Shown: positions 44,861-56,461 of the stretch, piece by piece | Numbering within the stretch: the first letter of the stretch is position 1 | How the letters are laid out: every line of letters starts with the position of its first letter | DNA from: Planctomycetota bacterium | Lineage (GTDB): Bacteria; Planctomycetota; UBA1135; UBA2386 | DNA length: 64,000 nucleotides | Assembly (NCBI GenBank): GCA_046290465.1 | Contig: JBKAGP010000001.1 | Coordinates: 5,632,001 to 5,696,000, forward strand | Direction: 5' to 3' | Program-made: the position numbers and the translations under genes | Notes under the pieces: generated by a model | Database searches by the model: none | The model's input: the letters and a program-made list of their open reading frames with translations, nothing else | What the model was told of the DNA's origin: nothing

Positions 44861-46473
44861 GCGGTGGGTCCGTGGGAAAGGGCGTCGAGCAGCGCGGCGA
44901 CGGTCGGCTCCGGCAGCGTCGTGACCGACTCGAAGCCGCGCGCGTGCAGCGCGTCGGTGGTGGTGGTGCCGATCGCGATGGCGCGCACGTCGGCGCGGCC
45001 GTCGGTGGCGGCGTGCCACGCTTCGACCGCCGAAGGCGACGTGAACAGGAACGCGTCGAGCGCGTCGGGGATTTCGCCGGCGTCGCGCTCCGCGTCGGCC
45101 AGGCGGTAGACGGGCAGCGCTTCGGTGTCGATGCCGGCCGCGCCAGCGCGGCTCTCGAAGCTCGCGTGCCGTTCGGCGGCGCACGGGAACGCGACGCGGC
45201 GCACGCCGGCTTCGGCGCACAGCCGCGCCAGTTGCTCGCCGCCGCGGCCGGCCGCGCTGTGCACCTTGGCGAAGCCTGCCTGCACCAGCTCGGTCGCCGT
45301 CGCCGCGCCGACCGCGTAGCAGGGCAGCTCGAACGGCTGCACGTCGTGCTCGCGGCAGGCCGCGACGAAGCGCCGCACCGCGCGCGCCGACGTGAACGCG
45401 AGCGCGCCGCGGCCGATCGCGGCCTCGAGCTGCTCGCGGGTCACATCGACGGCTTCGGTCGTCGTCCACGGCAGCGAGGTCACGTCGGCGCCGGCGATCG
45501 CGAGCGCCGCGGTGAGCCCGGTGCGTTCGCCGTCGGGGCGGATGGTGGCGACCCGGCGGCCGCGCAGCGGGTCGCCGACCAGCGGCTTCCAGCGCGCCAC
45601 GATCTCCTGCGCCATCGCGGCCGGGTCGTCGCCGATCACGGCCTCGCGCAGCGCGGCGTTGGGCTCGCCGCCGAACAGCGCGGCGCGCAGCCGGAACCGG
45701 TCTCCGACCGGCTCGACCAGCACGCCGAGCGGCATCGAGCAGCCGCCGCCGAGGCCGAGCAGGATCGCGCGTTCGGCGGCGACGCAGCGCGCCGTGGTGT
45801 CGTCGTGCAGGTGGGCGAGCGCGCCGAGGATGCGCGCGTCGCCGGCGCGGCACTGCACACCGAGCGCGCCCTGGCCGGGTGCCGGCGTGAACACGTCGAC
45901 CGGCAGGTGCTCGGTGACGAGGCCGCTCAGGTCCTGGCCGAGCCGGTTGAGGCCGGCGGCCGCCAGCAGCACGGCGTCGTAGTCGCCGTTGCGGGCCTTG
46001 TCGACGCGCGTCGGCACGTTGCCGCGGATGTCCCTGGTCCGAAGGTCGCGGCGCGCGGCGATCGCGGCCAGCGCGCGACGCGGCGACGACGTCCCGAGCG
46101 TCGCTCCCGCGCGTAGCCCGCCGAACGGTCCGCCGTCGCCGTCGAGCACGTCGCCGCGCGTGACCAGCACGTCGCGGGCGTCCTCGCGCGCCGGCACCGC
46201 GCCGAGCGCGAGGCCGTCGGGGTCCTCGACCGGCAGGTCCTTGAGGCTGTGCACGGCGGCGTCGATCGCGCCGCTGCGCAGCGCGTCCTCGAGCTCCTTG
46301 GTGAACAGGCCCTTCACGCCGATCCCCGACAGCGGTCGGTCCTGGATGCGGTCGCCGGTCGTGACCATCACCTCGATGCGATAGTCCTCGCCGGTCGCCT
46401 GCCGGATGCGTTCGGCGACCCAGCGCGTCTGGGTGAGCGCGAGGTCGCTGCCGCGGCTGCCGAACACGATCAT
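44857..46473 (-). CDS. hemC: Fused hydroxymethylbilane synthase / uroporphyrinogen-III synthase (HemC-HemD)
   Basis: GSRGSDLA, KGLFTKE, AVHSLKD and GGGC in the N-terminal part; FTSARAV, AVGAAT, FTSPSAV and AIGTTT in the C-terminal HemD part. Confidence 0.92.
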   Translation of the reverse strand: MIVFGSRGSDLALTQTRWVAERIRQATGEDYRIEVMVTTGDRIQDRPLSGIGVKGLFTKELEDALRSGAIDAAVHSLKDLPVEDPDGLALGAVPAREDARDVLVTRGDVLDGDGGPFGGLRAGATLGTSSPRRALAAIAARRDLRTRDIRGNVPTRVDKARNGDYDAVLLAAAGLNRLGQDLSGLVTEHLPVDVFTPAPGQGALGVQCRAGDARILGALAHLHDDTTARCVAAERAILLGLGGGCSMPLGVLVEPVGDRFRLRAALFGGEPNAALREAVIGDDPAAMAQEIVARWKPLVGDPLRGRRVATIRPDGERTGLTAALAIAGADVTSLPWTTTEAVDVTREQLEAAIGRGALAFTSARAVRRFVAACREHDVQPFELPCYAVGAATATELVQAGFAKVHSAAGRGGEQLARLCAEAGVRRVAFPCAAERHASFESRAGAAGIDTEALPVYRLADAERDAGEIPDALDAFLFTSPSAVEAWHAATDGRADVRAIAIGTTTTDALHARGFESVTTLPEPTVAALLDALSHGPTA

Positions 46474-47612
46474 GGCGTGGCGAAGTGCTTGACGTCGCTG
46501 AGGTGCAGGTGCGCGTTGCGGCGGGCGACGCGCTCCGCCAGCCTGCGCACTTCGTCGGCCAGGTCCGGGTCGAGCGCGCGCAGCTTGCCGCGCAGCGCGC
46601 GTTCGACCTCGGCCGAGGCGTTCTCGACGTGCAGGCCGAGCAGCTGGCCGAGATCGACCTTGCCCTGTTCGAGTTCGTGCCAGATGCGGCCGGCCTCGTC
46701 GGCGGCGAAGCTCTGCGCATGGTCGCGCCAGTCGCGCAGCGCCTGCTCGTGCTCCTGTTCGAGGCGCGCCAGACCGTCGAGGTCGAGATGGCGCACGTCG
46801 GGGTGCTGGTCGAGGCCGACGGCGACGGCCGGCTGCGAGATGTCGACGACCGTCTGCAGCGACGGCATGCGCGCGACCGGCAGCTTCAGCAGGCGGCCCG
46901 AGATCGCGACGATCACGGCGTCGACGTCGGGCGGCGTCGCCAGCAGATCGTCGAGCGAACCGGCGGTGCCGTCGAAGTGCGCCGCGAGCCGGCGCGCGTG
47001 CGCGACCGTGCGGTTGGCGAAGTGCAGCGCGCGCGCGCCGAGGTCGCGCAGGCTCTCGGCCGCGGTGTGCGCGGTGGTGCCGGCGCCGACGATCGCGACG
47101 CGGCCGCCGGCCTGGCGGCAGATCCGCGCGGCCAGCTCCGCGACCGAACGCGGCGCCGAGACGACCGGGCGGGTCTGGCGCGCCTTGCGCGCGGCGTGCA
47201 TGACGCGCGAGTAGACCATGTGCAGGCCCTTGCCGAGCAGGCCCTGGGCCTCGCACTCGCGGAACGCCTGGCCGACCTGGCCGAGGATCTGGTCCTCGCC
47301 GAGCACCAGCGACTCGAGTCCGGTCGCGACGCGGATGAGGTGCGCGACGGCGTCGGCGTCGCGGAACTCGTGCAGCGGCACGTCGATGCCGGCGAAGATC
47401 TCGGCGCGCAGCGCGTCGGGATCGGCTCCGGCGGCGTCGACGACGACCTCGAAGCGGTTGCACGTCGCGAGCAGCATCGCGCCGTTGCAGCGGCCGTCGG
47501 CGCGCGCCTGCGCGAGGCGCTGCGCGATCCGTTCCTGCTGCTGGTGCAGAGGCTGCATGTCCGACAGCGAGACCTGCTGCTGGCATGCACCGAATAACAC
47601 GAGACCAACCAC
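46470..47612 (-). CDS. hemA: Glutamyl-tRNA reductase
   Basis: Catalytic TCNRFE, GLESLVLGEDQILGQV, VGAG and NRT motifs. Confidence 0.92.
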   Translation of the reverse strand: MVGLVLFGACQQQVSLSDMQPLHQQQERIAQRLAQARADGRCNGAMLLATCNRFEVVVDAAGADPDALRAEIFAGIDVPLHEFRDADAVAHLIRVATGLESLVLGEDQILGQVGQAFRECEAQGLLGKGLHMVYSRVMHAARKARQTRPVVSAPRSVAELAARICRQAGGRVAIVGAGTTAHTAAESLRDLGARALHFANRTVAHARRLAAHFDGTAGSLDDLLATPPDVDAVIVAISGRLLKLPVARMPSLQTVVDISQPAVAVGLDQHPDVRHLDLDGLARLEQEHEQALRDWRDHAQSFAADEAGRIWHELEQGKVDLGQLLGLHVENASAEVERALRGKLRALDPDLADEVRRLAERVARRNAHLHLSDVKHFATP

Positions 47613-47758
47613 GATGGGACTATCGGCAGCCCCATCCGAGGTTGTGTCATCGCATGGTCACGATTGGCACCTCGCGCGTCGGTTCGCGAGCGCCGGCGCC
47701 GTGCGAAGGCGTCGATCTGCGTCAGGCGAACGTCATTCGCCGCCGCGCCGCGCGTGTC

Positions 47759-49756
47759 TCATCGGTGGAACGACGCTGCCGCGACCCGCACCGTTTGGTC
47801 CGGCTCGAACGTGCGGATCACGATCCGGTCGCGGCGCGGGTCGTTGGCGGTGTAGAACAGCAGGCGGTTGCGGTTGGCGAGCATGCGCACGTGGCGGGTG
47901 GCGAACGGCAGCTCGTCGACGACCGTGTCCCAGCCCTTGCCCGGCTCGAACACGGCGACCGAACGGTCCTGCGAGAAGCGCTGGCCGCGCATGGTGCCGC
48001 CGCACGCGACGTAGAGGCGATCGCCGATCACGGCGAGCTGGGGCGAGACCCAGGCGGTCGGAGCCTGCAGCTCACTCCAGGTGCCCGACTCGAAGTCGTA
48101 GACGTCGCACGGGCCGGCGTGCTGGAAGCCGTCGCCGAGGCCGCCGACGAGGTAGAGCTTGCTGCCGACGACGGCGGCGCTGAACGAGCGGCGCGGGCGC
48201 GGCAGGCGGATGCCCGCCCGCTCGAACGTCGGCTGGGCGGCCGCCGGGTCGCATACGAGGATCTCGCGGGTGTCGCCCTTGGTGGAGCCGCCGGTGTCGT
48301 CCGGCTGGAAGTCGACGCCGCCGATCACGTAGAGCCGGTCGCCGTGGCGGACCATCTGGCACTGCGTGCGCGGCGCCTCGAGCCCGGCGTCGTAGGGCAG
48401 CGCCTTCAGTCGGCGCATGTCCCAGCGGAACGCGTTCGGCAGGCTCTGCACCTTGCCGTCGAGCACGCCGAGGCCACCGACGACGAGGTTGTCGCGCCGG
48501 CCGCCCCAGACGGTGCTCGCCATCGACTGGCAGCCGTGCGGCAGGTCCGCGACCTTCTCGGCGGTCATCGTCGTCAGCTGGATGCGCCACACGTCGGTGG
48601 CGAACTGCTCGGGCGCGAACCGGTCGCCGTCGTGGCCGCGGTTGCCGCCCAGCGCCCACAGGGTGTCGTCCTGCAGCAGCAGCGCCTGGCGGTAGGAGAC
48701 CTGCGACGGGGCCGGGATCACGTACTCGCGCAGTTCGGGGCGGGAGCGACCGTCGATCGACACGTGCTCCATCGTGCGCAGGTGGCCGCCGCGGTTGGCG
48801 CCGCCGAACGCGAGGATGCGGCCCGGCTCCAGCGCCGGCAGCATGCGGTGGAAGAAGCGCGGCATCTCGAGCTGCGCGACGTGCTGCCAGCCGCTGCCGG
48901 CCTCGCCGTTCCACTTCAGCAGGCTGCCGTTCATCACCGTCGCGTACAGCCAGCCGTCGACGCCGAGCGCCGCCGTGCCGAAGGCGAAGCCCGGCAGGTC
49001 GGGCCCCTCGCTCCAGCGGTTGGTCGCAGGATCGAACACGCGGACCGTCGCGATCGGCTTGCTGTCGGTGATGCCGCCGAGCACCGCGATCTTGCCGCCG
49101 AACGTCGCGACCGCGCAGGCACGGCGCACGTGGCCGAGCTTGGGCAGCTCCTGCCACGCGAGCGGCTGCGTGCCGAGGTCCGCGACCCAGGAGGTCTCGT
49201 GCCAGTCACCGTCCTCGCCGTCGAGGTTCCAGCCGCCGATCACGTAGAGCTTGTTGTCACAGACGATGGCGTCGTGCGACGAGCGCGGCTCCGGCAGCGG
49301 GGTCATCTCCTGCCACTTGCCGCGCGCCGGGTCGAAGCGCTGCACCGAGGCGGTCGAGTGCATGTCGGCGTCGTCGCCGGCCTCGTTGCGGGCGTCGGTG
49401 CCGCCGACGCGATAGATCGTGCCGTCGGGAGCCGCGACCAGCGACGTGCCCTGCAGCGCCGGGCCAGGGGGCAGCTCCTGCCAGGACTGGCCGTCGACCA
49501 TGTTGAAGCGTCGGAACGCCCCGATGATGTTGTCCTTGCTGTGGGCGTGCGCGCGGCCGATGTGGCCGCCGAAGACGTAGACCCAGCTGCCGACGCGGCA
49601 GGCGCCGAAGCTGGTGATGGCGTGGGGCATCACCGCCGGATGCACGACGTGCAGGGCGTCGGCTTCCTGCCGCGCCGCCGCTTCGGCGGGGTTCTGGGAG
49701 ACAGCGAGCGCGGGCAGCAGCAGCGCTGCGCACGTGGAGAGGGTTCGACAGTTCAT
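47759..49756 (-). CDS. Secreted Kelch-repeat protein, about 12 blades (double beta-propeller)
   Basis: Signal peptide, repeated YVxGG motifs, HIGRAHAH His cluster. Confidence 0.87.
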   Translation of the reverse strand: MNCRTLSTCAALLLPALAVSQNPAEAAARQEADALHVVHPAVMPHAITSFGACRVGSWVYVFGGHIGRAHAHSKDNIIGAFRRFNMVDGQSWQELPPGPALQGTSLVAAPDGTIYRVGGTDARNEAGDDADMHSTASVQRFDPARGKWQEMTPLPEPRSSHDAIVCDNKLYVIGGWNLDGEDGDWHETSWVADLGTQPLAWQELPKLGHVRRACAVATFGGKIAVLGGITDSKPIATVRVFDPATNRWSEGPDLPGFAFGTAALGVDGWLYATVMNGSLLKWNGEAGSGWQHVAQLEMPRFFHRMLPALEPGRILAFGGANRGGHLRTMEHVSIDGRSRPELREYVIPAPSQVSYRQALLLQDDTLWALGGNRGHDGDRFAPEQFATDVWRIQLTTMTAEKVADLPHGCQSMASTVWGGRRDNLVVGGLGVLDGKVQSLPNAFRWDMRRLKALPYDAGLEAPRTQCQMVRHGDRLYVIGGVDFQPDDTGGSTKGDTREILVCDPAAAQPTFERAGIRLPRPRRSFSAAVVGSKLYLVGGLGDGFQHAGPCDVYDFESGTWSELQAPTAWVSPQLAVIGDRLYVACGGTMRGQRFSQDRSVAVFEPGKGWDTVVDELPFATRHVRMLANRNRLLFYTANDPRRDRIVIRTFEPDQTVRVAAASFHR

Positions 49757-49995
49757 GGATGCAGGAGTAGGAGGGGTCCGTTCTGTTCGTGTCGCTTGGG
49801 GGTCGCGGGAGGCGCGATCGCGCGCTGCACGGCCGGCAGTCGCGTCTCGGCGAGCTTCAGGACGGAGACGAGGTGCGGCAGCGAGTCCGGCGTCAGCCGC
49901 AGCATCGCCGGGCCCATGTGGACGTGGAGCGAGCCGCAGGTGCAGAGGTCGACCTTGAAGGGGCCGTGCGAGCTGAGGTTGGTGGGTTGGCACAT
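49753..49995 (-). CDS. Small Cys/His-rich protein (CxC...HxH), putative metal binder
   Basis: MCQP...DLCTCGSLHVHMG. Its stop overlaps the Kelch start (ATGA). Confidence 0.65.
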   Translation of the reverse strand: MCQPTNLSSHGPFKVDLCTCGSLHVHMGPAMLRLTPDSLPHLVSVLKLAETRLPAVQRAIAPPATPKRHEQNGPLLLLHP

Positions 49996-50008
49996 GGTTG
50001 GGTGAGGT

Positions 50009-50078
50009 GGATTGGGCCGGCTGCGACTCGGTGCACGTGTGTTTCGGGATCTTCCCCATCCCCGCAGCCGGCCAATCC
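50009..50078 (-). other. Structured intergenic element: 16-bp closing stem with an inner hairpin
   Basis: GGATTGGGCCGGCTGCG (50009-50025) pairs with CGCAGCCGGCCAATCC (50063-50078). Inner GGGAT/ATCCC stem. Confidence 0.7.
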
Positions 50079-50088
50079 GAAGGTGTAG

Positions 50089-50988
50089 CTAGGCGTGGAA
50101 CACCGCCTGCAGCGCGAAGATGAGCGCGGTACCGCCGCCGAAGGCGGCGGCGAGGGTGATGCCGCCGGGAACCCGCAGGCTCCGCTTCTGCCACCACATC
50201 GCGATCCCGGTGATCGCCCACATCACCATGGCGAACGCCATGATGTCGACGAACACCGCCCACACGACGCGCGCCCAGTCCGACCGGCCGTAGCCGTGGG
50301 TGACGTGCAGGCGGCGCATCAGCCGGCCGAAGTCGAAGGCGTTGGCAGAGCTCTCGCTGACGCGGTCGCGGGTCAGCGACGCCGACCAGCGCGTGTCGTC
50401 GGAGACGACCCGCAGCGACGGCCCGCCGACCGGGCGCAGGTTCTCGGGCTTCATCCCGATCGTCGCGAGCGTGGCTTCGGCGATCCTGGCGACCTGCTCC
50501 TTCTCGGCGGCGAAGGTGTCGCGCGGGAGGTTCGTCGAGCTGGACGTGCGTGGCCGGCGCTCGGTGAGGAACGCGCCGGAGCCGTCGATGGGCATCGCGA
50601 GCCGGTAGTTCTTGTCGCTCTCCGGATCGTGGAAGTCGAACGTCCACGTGCCCGAGAGCGTTGTGCTGGAGGAGGGGGCGTGCTTGCCGATGGCGGTGAG
50701 CAGGCGCGCCCCGAGTTCGTCGCTGGGTGGAGCCAGCGGCGCGCGCTGGTCTGGTGGCACGACCAGTTCGCGGGCGGTCGACAAGGAGCCGCCGTGGTTG
50801 AACAGGAAGCCGCTGATACCGTAGATCAGCACCCACGGCAGCAGGGCCAGCCCGCTGTAGAGATGGATCCGCCGCAGCCACCGCATCCCCGCAGCCTTGC
50901 GTCTGGCGGCGTTGCCGACCTGCGCAACGATCGGTCGGGGGGCCGGCTTCGCGAGCGAACGGGACACGGGGGCCGTCAGCGGAGTCAT
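50089..50988 (-). CDS. PepSY-associated TM helix protein
   Basis: RRIHLYSGL...SGFLFNH and RRLHVTHG...ITGIAMWW, with conserved TM histidines. Confidence 0.85.
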   Translation of the reverse strand: MTPLTAPVSRSLAKPAPRPIVAQVGNAARRKAAGMRWLRRIHLYSGLALLPWVLIYGISGFLFNHGGSLSTARELVVPPDQRAPLAPPSDELGARLLTAIGKHAPSSSTTLSGTWTFDFHDPESDKNYRLAMPIDGSGAFLTERRPRTSSSTNLPRDTFAAEKEQVARIAEATLATIGMKPENLRPVGGPSLRVVSDDTRWSASLTRDRVSESSANAFDFGRLMRRLHVTHGYGRSDWARVVWAVFVDIMAFAMVMWAITGIAMWWQKRSLRVPGGITLAAAFGGGTALIFALQAVFHA

Positions 50989-51020
50989 CGGGATACCTCG
51001 CGGTCGGGGCCTGGCAGGAC

Positions 51021-52061
51021 CTAGTAGATGGGGAGGATGCCGCCCTCGCTGAGCACGTACGGGATCGCCGCCGGCGACGCCGCGTCGTACTGTGCGAACT
51101 GCGTGTAGACGACGCCGCCCTGCAGCGACGGGTCGCTCGGGATCGGCAGCGGGTAGGCGGCGGGGCCGCTCGCCGGCAGCACCAGCGGCACCAGCACGTC
51201 GGACGCGACCAGCAGCTGGCAGGTGCCGCCGAGCGCCAGCGGCAGCGCGGCGCCGTTGCTCTCGGTCTTCGAGTAGCCGAACACGAAGATGCCGAGGCCG
51301 TTCGGCACGACGTAGTCGGCCGTGACGATCGGCGTGGTGCCGATCTGCGGCGTGCCGATCGCGCCGAGGTCCGGGGCCAGGTTGCCGGGGCTGGCGCAGC
51401 CGGTGCCGAACTCGACCATCTGCAGCGGCGCGAACGTGAAGCGCACCTTCAGGCCGCTGCTGTTGAAGTTCGTCGCCGGCAGGCCCGGCTGGTAGCTGAA
51501 GTTGTAGGCGCGCTCGACCAGCCCGTTGCCGACGGTCGTGCCGCAGACCTGGCCCGGGACCGACAGCCTGGTGGTCAGGTCGATGACGATGTGGTCGCCC
51601 GGCTGGTAGTGGAACGGGAACGCCAGCGGCAGGTCGATCCACTCGCAGACCGGCGTCGCGGCGGTGCCGCCGCCGACCAGCGTCGTGCCCGACAGGTCGA
51701 GCTGCACGCGCTGGTCGGGCAGGTTGACGGCCCAGTCGGAGCCGAGCGCGGCGACCGTGGTGGTGCCGGCGCGCAGCACGAACTCGTCGTACGGGGCGGC
51801 GCCGGCGACCGACAGGCCGACCTTGGTGACGAAGCCGCTGGACAGGCCTTGGTTGGCGAGGAAGGCGTCGGGGCAGCGGAACTGCACGCGCACGCTGTCG
51901 CCGTTGGCGCCGACGCCGGGGGTGTAGAGCGGGAAGCCGAACGCGGGTGGGCTGGCGTGCTGGTCGTCCGGGTAGTGGACGACCTGCTGCTGGGCGGCGA
52001 TCGGGGCGGCGATCGGGGCGGCGATGGCCGCGAACAGGAGGGAGGGTGTCAGGTGGCGCAT
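51021..52061 (-). CDS. Secreted beta-rich protein with a C-terminal FGxGC...PIPxDPxL domain
   Basis: Signal peptide with AAPI repeats, beta-sandwich-like composition, two-Cys C-terminal domain. Confidence 0.75.
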   Translation of the reverse strand: MRHLTPSLLFAAIAAPIAAPIAAQQQVVHYPDDQHASPPAFGFPLYTPGVGANGDSVRVQFRCPDAFLANQGLSSGFVTKVGLSVAGAAPYDEFVLRAGTTTVAALGSDWAVNLPDQRVQLDLSGTTLVGGGTAATPVCEWIDLPLAFPFHYQPGDHIVIDLTTRLSVPGQVCGTTVGNGLVERAYNFSYQPGLPATNFNSSGLKVRFTFAPLQMVEFGTGCASPGNLAPDLGAIGTPQIGTTPIVTADYVVPNGLGIFVFGYSKTESNGAALPLALGGTCQLLVASDVLVPLVLPASGPAAYPLPIPSDPSLQGGVVYTQFAQYDAASPAAIPYVLSEGGILPIY

Positions 52062-52100
52062 GCGAGGGATTCGGTGCGGTAGGGTTGCTCCTCCATTAAC

Positions 52101-52121
52101 TGATACTGAGACGCAGTCGCA
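52101..52121. promoter_or_regulatory. Fur-family box overlapping a candidate promoter
   Basis: TGATACTGAGACGCAGTCGCA matches 14/21 of the extended Fur consensus TGATAATGATAATCATTATCA. It lies in an AT-rich island 40 nt upstream of ATG 52061. Confidence 0.65.
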
Positions 52122-52217
52122 ATAGCAAGCAGGCTCGTCCGGTTCCTGCGTTTCTTCATCGTCGGTCCCCATCTGGGGTGCGTTGCGCGGGCGCGGCCGG
52201 CGGCGCCCACGCGCCGG

Positions 52218-54115
52218 TCAGAACCGGTGCGTCACCAGCACGTAGCCGCCGCGCTGGATCTGCTCGTCGAAGTAGTACTCCTGGTGGTGCGGGTCGGTCA
52301 GGTTCTGGCCGACCACCTCGATCTCGGTCCGGTCGCAGATCCGCCAGGCGAGGCGCAGGTCGAGCCGCCACCAGTCGTCGACGTTGGCCCAGGCCTGCGT
52401 GTAGAGCAGGTTGGCGCTGACCTCGACGCCCTGGGTGAACTGGTAGGTCGCGGTCGCGCCGCCGCGCAGGCGCGGCACGTTGTCCTCGATCAACCCGAAC
52501 GTCATCGGGTCGATGTTGCTCGAGTCGGCCTCGGTGTGCGCCAGGAACGCGGTCAGCTTGGTGCGCTCGTCGGGCAGCCACGACGCGTGCACCTCGCCGC
52601 CGAACGCGTCGGTCTTGCCGTCCGTCAGGTAGAGCGTCGCGCCGGTGCCCGGGTCGGTCGAGAAGCCGTTGAGCTGGTCGCGCACGCGGTAGTAGTAGCC
52701 GTCGGCCTGCAGCAGGAACCGTTCGCCGAAGCGCTTGCGCACGCCGATCTCCCACGCGGTCAGGTTGCTCGACTGGCGCTTGACCAACAGGCCCGAGTCG
52801 CGGATGCGGGTGTCGGGTTCGCGGTTGGCGCTGACCGCCGTCCACACCGTGGTATCGGCCTGCGGCTGCCACGCCAGGCGGCAGTCGGGCTGCGTGTCGA
52901 TGCCGGTCGTGTCGAAGCCGTCCTCGTAGCCGAGGTTGCCGCCGAGCGTCAGCTTCAGCGTCGGATCGATGTCCCAGTCCCACGACACGAACAGGTCGCC
53001 GCGGGTCTCGTTGTACTCGCCGCCGAAGTCGGCGATGACGCGGTAGAACTCGACCGTCAGCGAACGCAGCACGCCGCCGACCGTCAGCTGGTGGTCCTCG
53101 GCCGGACTCCACGAGTGCATGAGCATCGTGTCGAACAGCTCCTCGCGGTAGCGCAGGTGGCCGTCCGGCGCGTTGTTGAGGTAGTCGCGGATGTCCTGGT
53201 CGTAGGCGTCCGCACCGAGCCGCCACTGCGTGAAGTGGTCCTCGCCGTGCTGGATCTGCAGCTTCGCCTTGAGGTGGCCGGCCTTGATCATGTTGAGCGA
53301 CGAGAAGCCCGGCCAGATCTCGTACGAGTCGCCGAGGAAGCTGTCGTGGTAGAGCCCGTCGACGCTCAGGTGCACGCCGTCGTCGAGCTCGGTGTCGATG
53401 CGCGCGCCGACCATGTCGTTGTCCCAGCGGTCGCCGCTGACGTCGGGGAAGCCGCCGTCGCGCTGCGCCATCTTGCCGAACACGTAGAAGTCGGTCTGCT
53501 CGCCGAGCTGCTCGCCGAACCGGAACGAGCCGCCCAGCCGTTCTTCGGTGCCGGCCCAGCCGGTCACGCGCAGGCCGCGGGTGCGCTCGTTGGCCTTCTT
53601 GGTGACGATGTTGATGACGCCCTGCGAGGCCTTGTCGCCCCAGCGCGAACCGCCGGGGCCGCGCACCACCTCGATGCGTTCGATGGTCTCGAGCGGCAGG
53701 TCGATCGCCTGCCAGTACTCGCGCCGCAGCAGCGTCGTGTAGAGGCGCTGGCCGTCGATCAGCACCAGCATCCCGGCGAATCCGTACTCGCCCAGGCGGC
53801 TGCTGAAGCCGTAGGCGCCGGGCACGTCCTGCGCGATGACCAGGCCGGGCACCAGCCGCAGCAGTTCGGGGACCGAGCGCATGCCCGAGCGACGGATGTC
53901 CTGCTCGGTCAGGACGAACACCGAAGCCGCGGTCTTCGACAGCGGTTCGCTCTGGCGCGAGCCGACCTCGACGGCGACGTCCATCAGCTCTTCGAGGCTG
54001 AGGTCCTCGAGGTCGAGGTCGCCGTTGGTCGCGGTCGGCGGGTCCTGCGCCGTGGCATCCTGCTGGGCCAGCAACGGCAGGCACAGCATGCAGGTCGACA
54101 AGAAGAGGCGGGGGG

Positions 54116-54119
<4 letters not shown>
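52218..54119 (-). CDS. TonB-dependent receptor (YfiR-associated type)
   Basis: [31 protein letters not shown] plug, GQNLTD and C-terminal Phe. Confidence 0.92.

Positions 54120-56457
<2,338 letters not shown>

Positions 56458-56461
<4 letters not shown>

Noticed and set aside
47712..47725. FNR/Crp-like box TCGAT-N4-GTCAG upstream of hemA
   Set aside because: Only 7/10 match to TTGAT-N4-ATCAA, which is too weak without comparative data.
50020..50065. Hammerhead ribozyme-like elements (stem, GAAAC, GUC) in the structured intergenic region
   Set aside because: The CUGANGA core is absent and stem III cannot pair.
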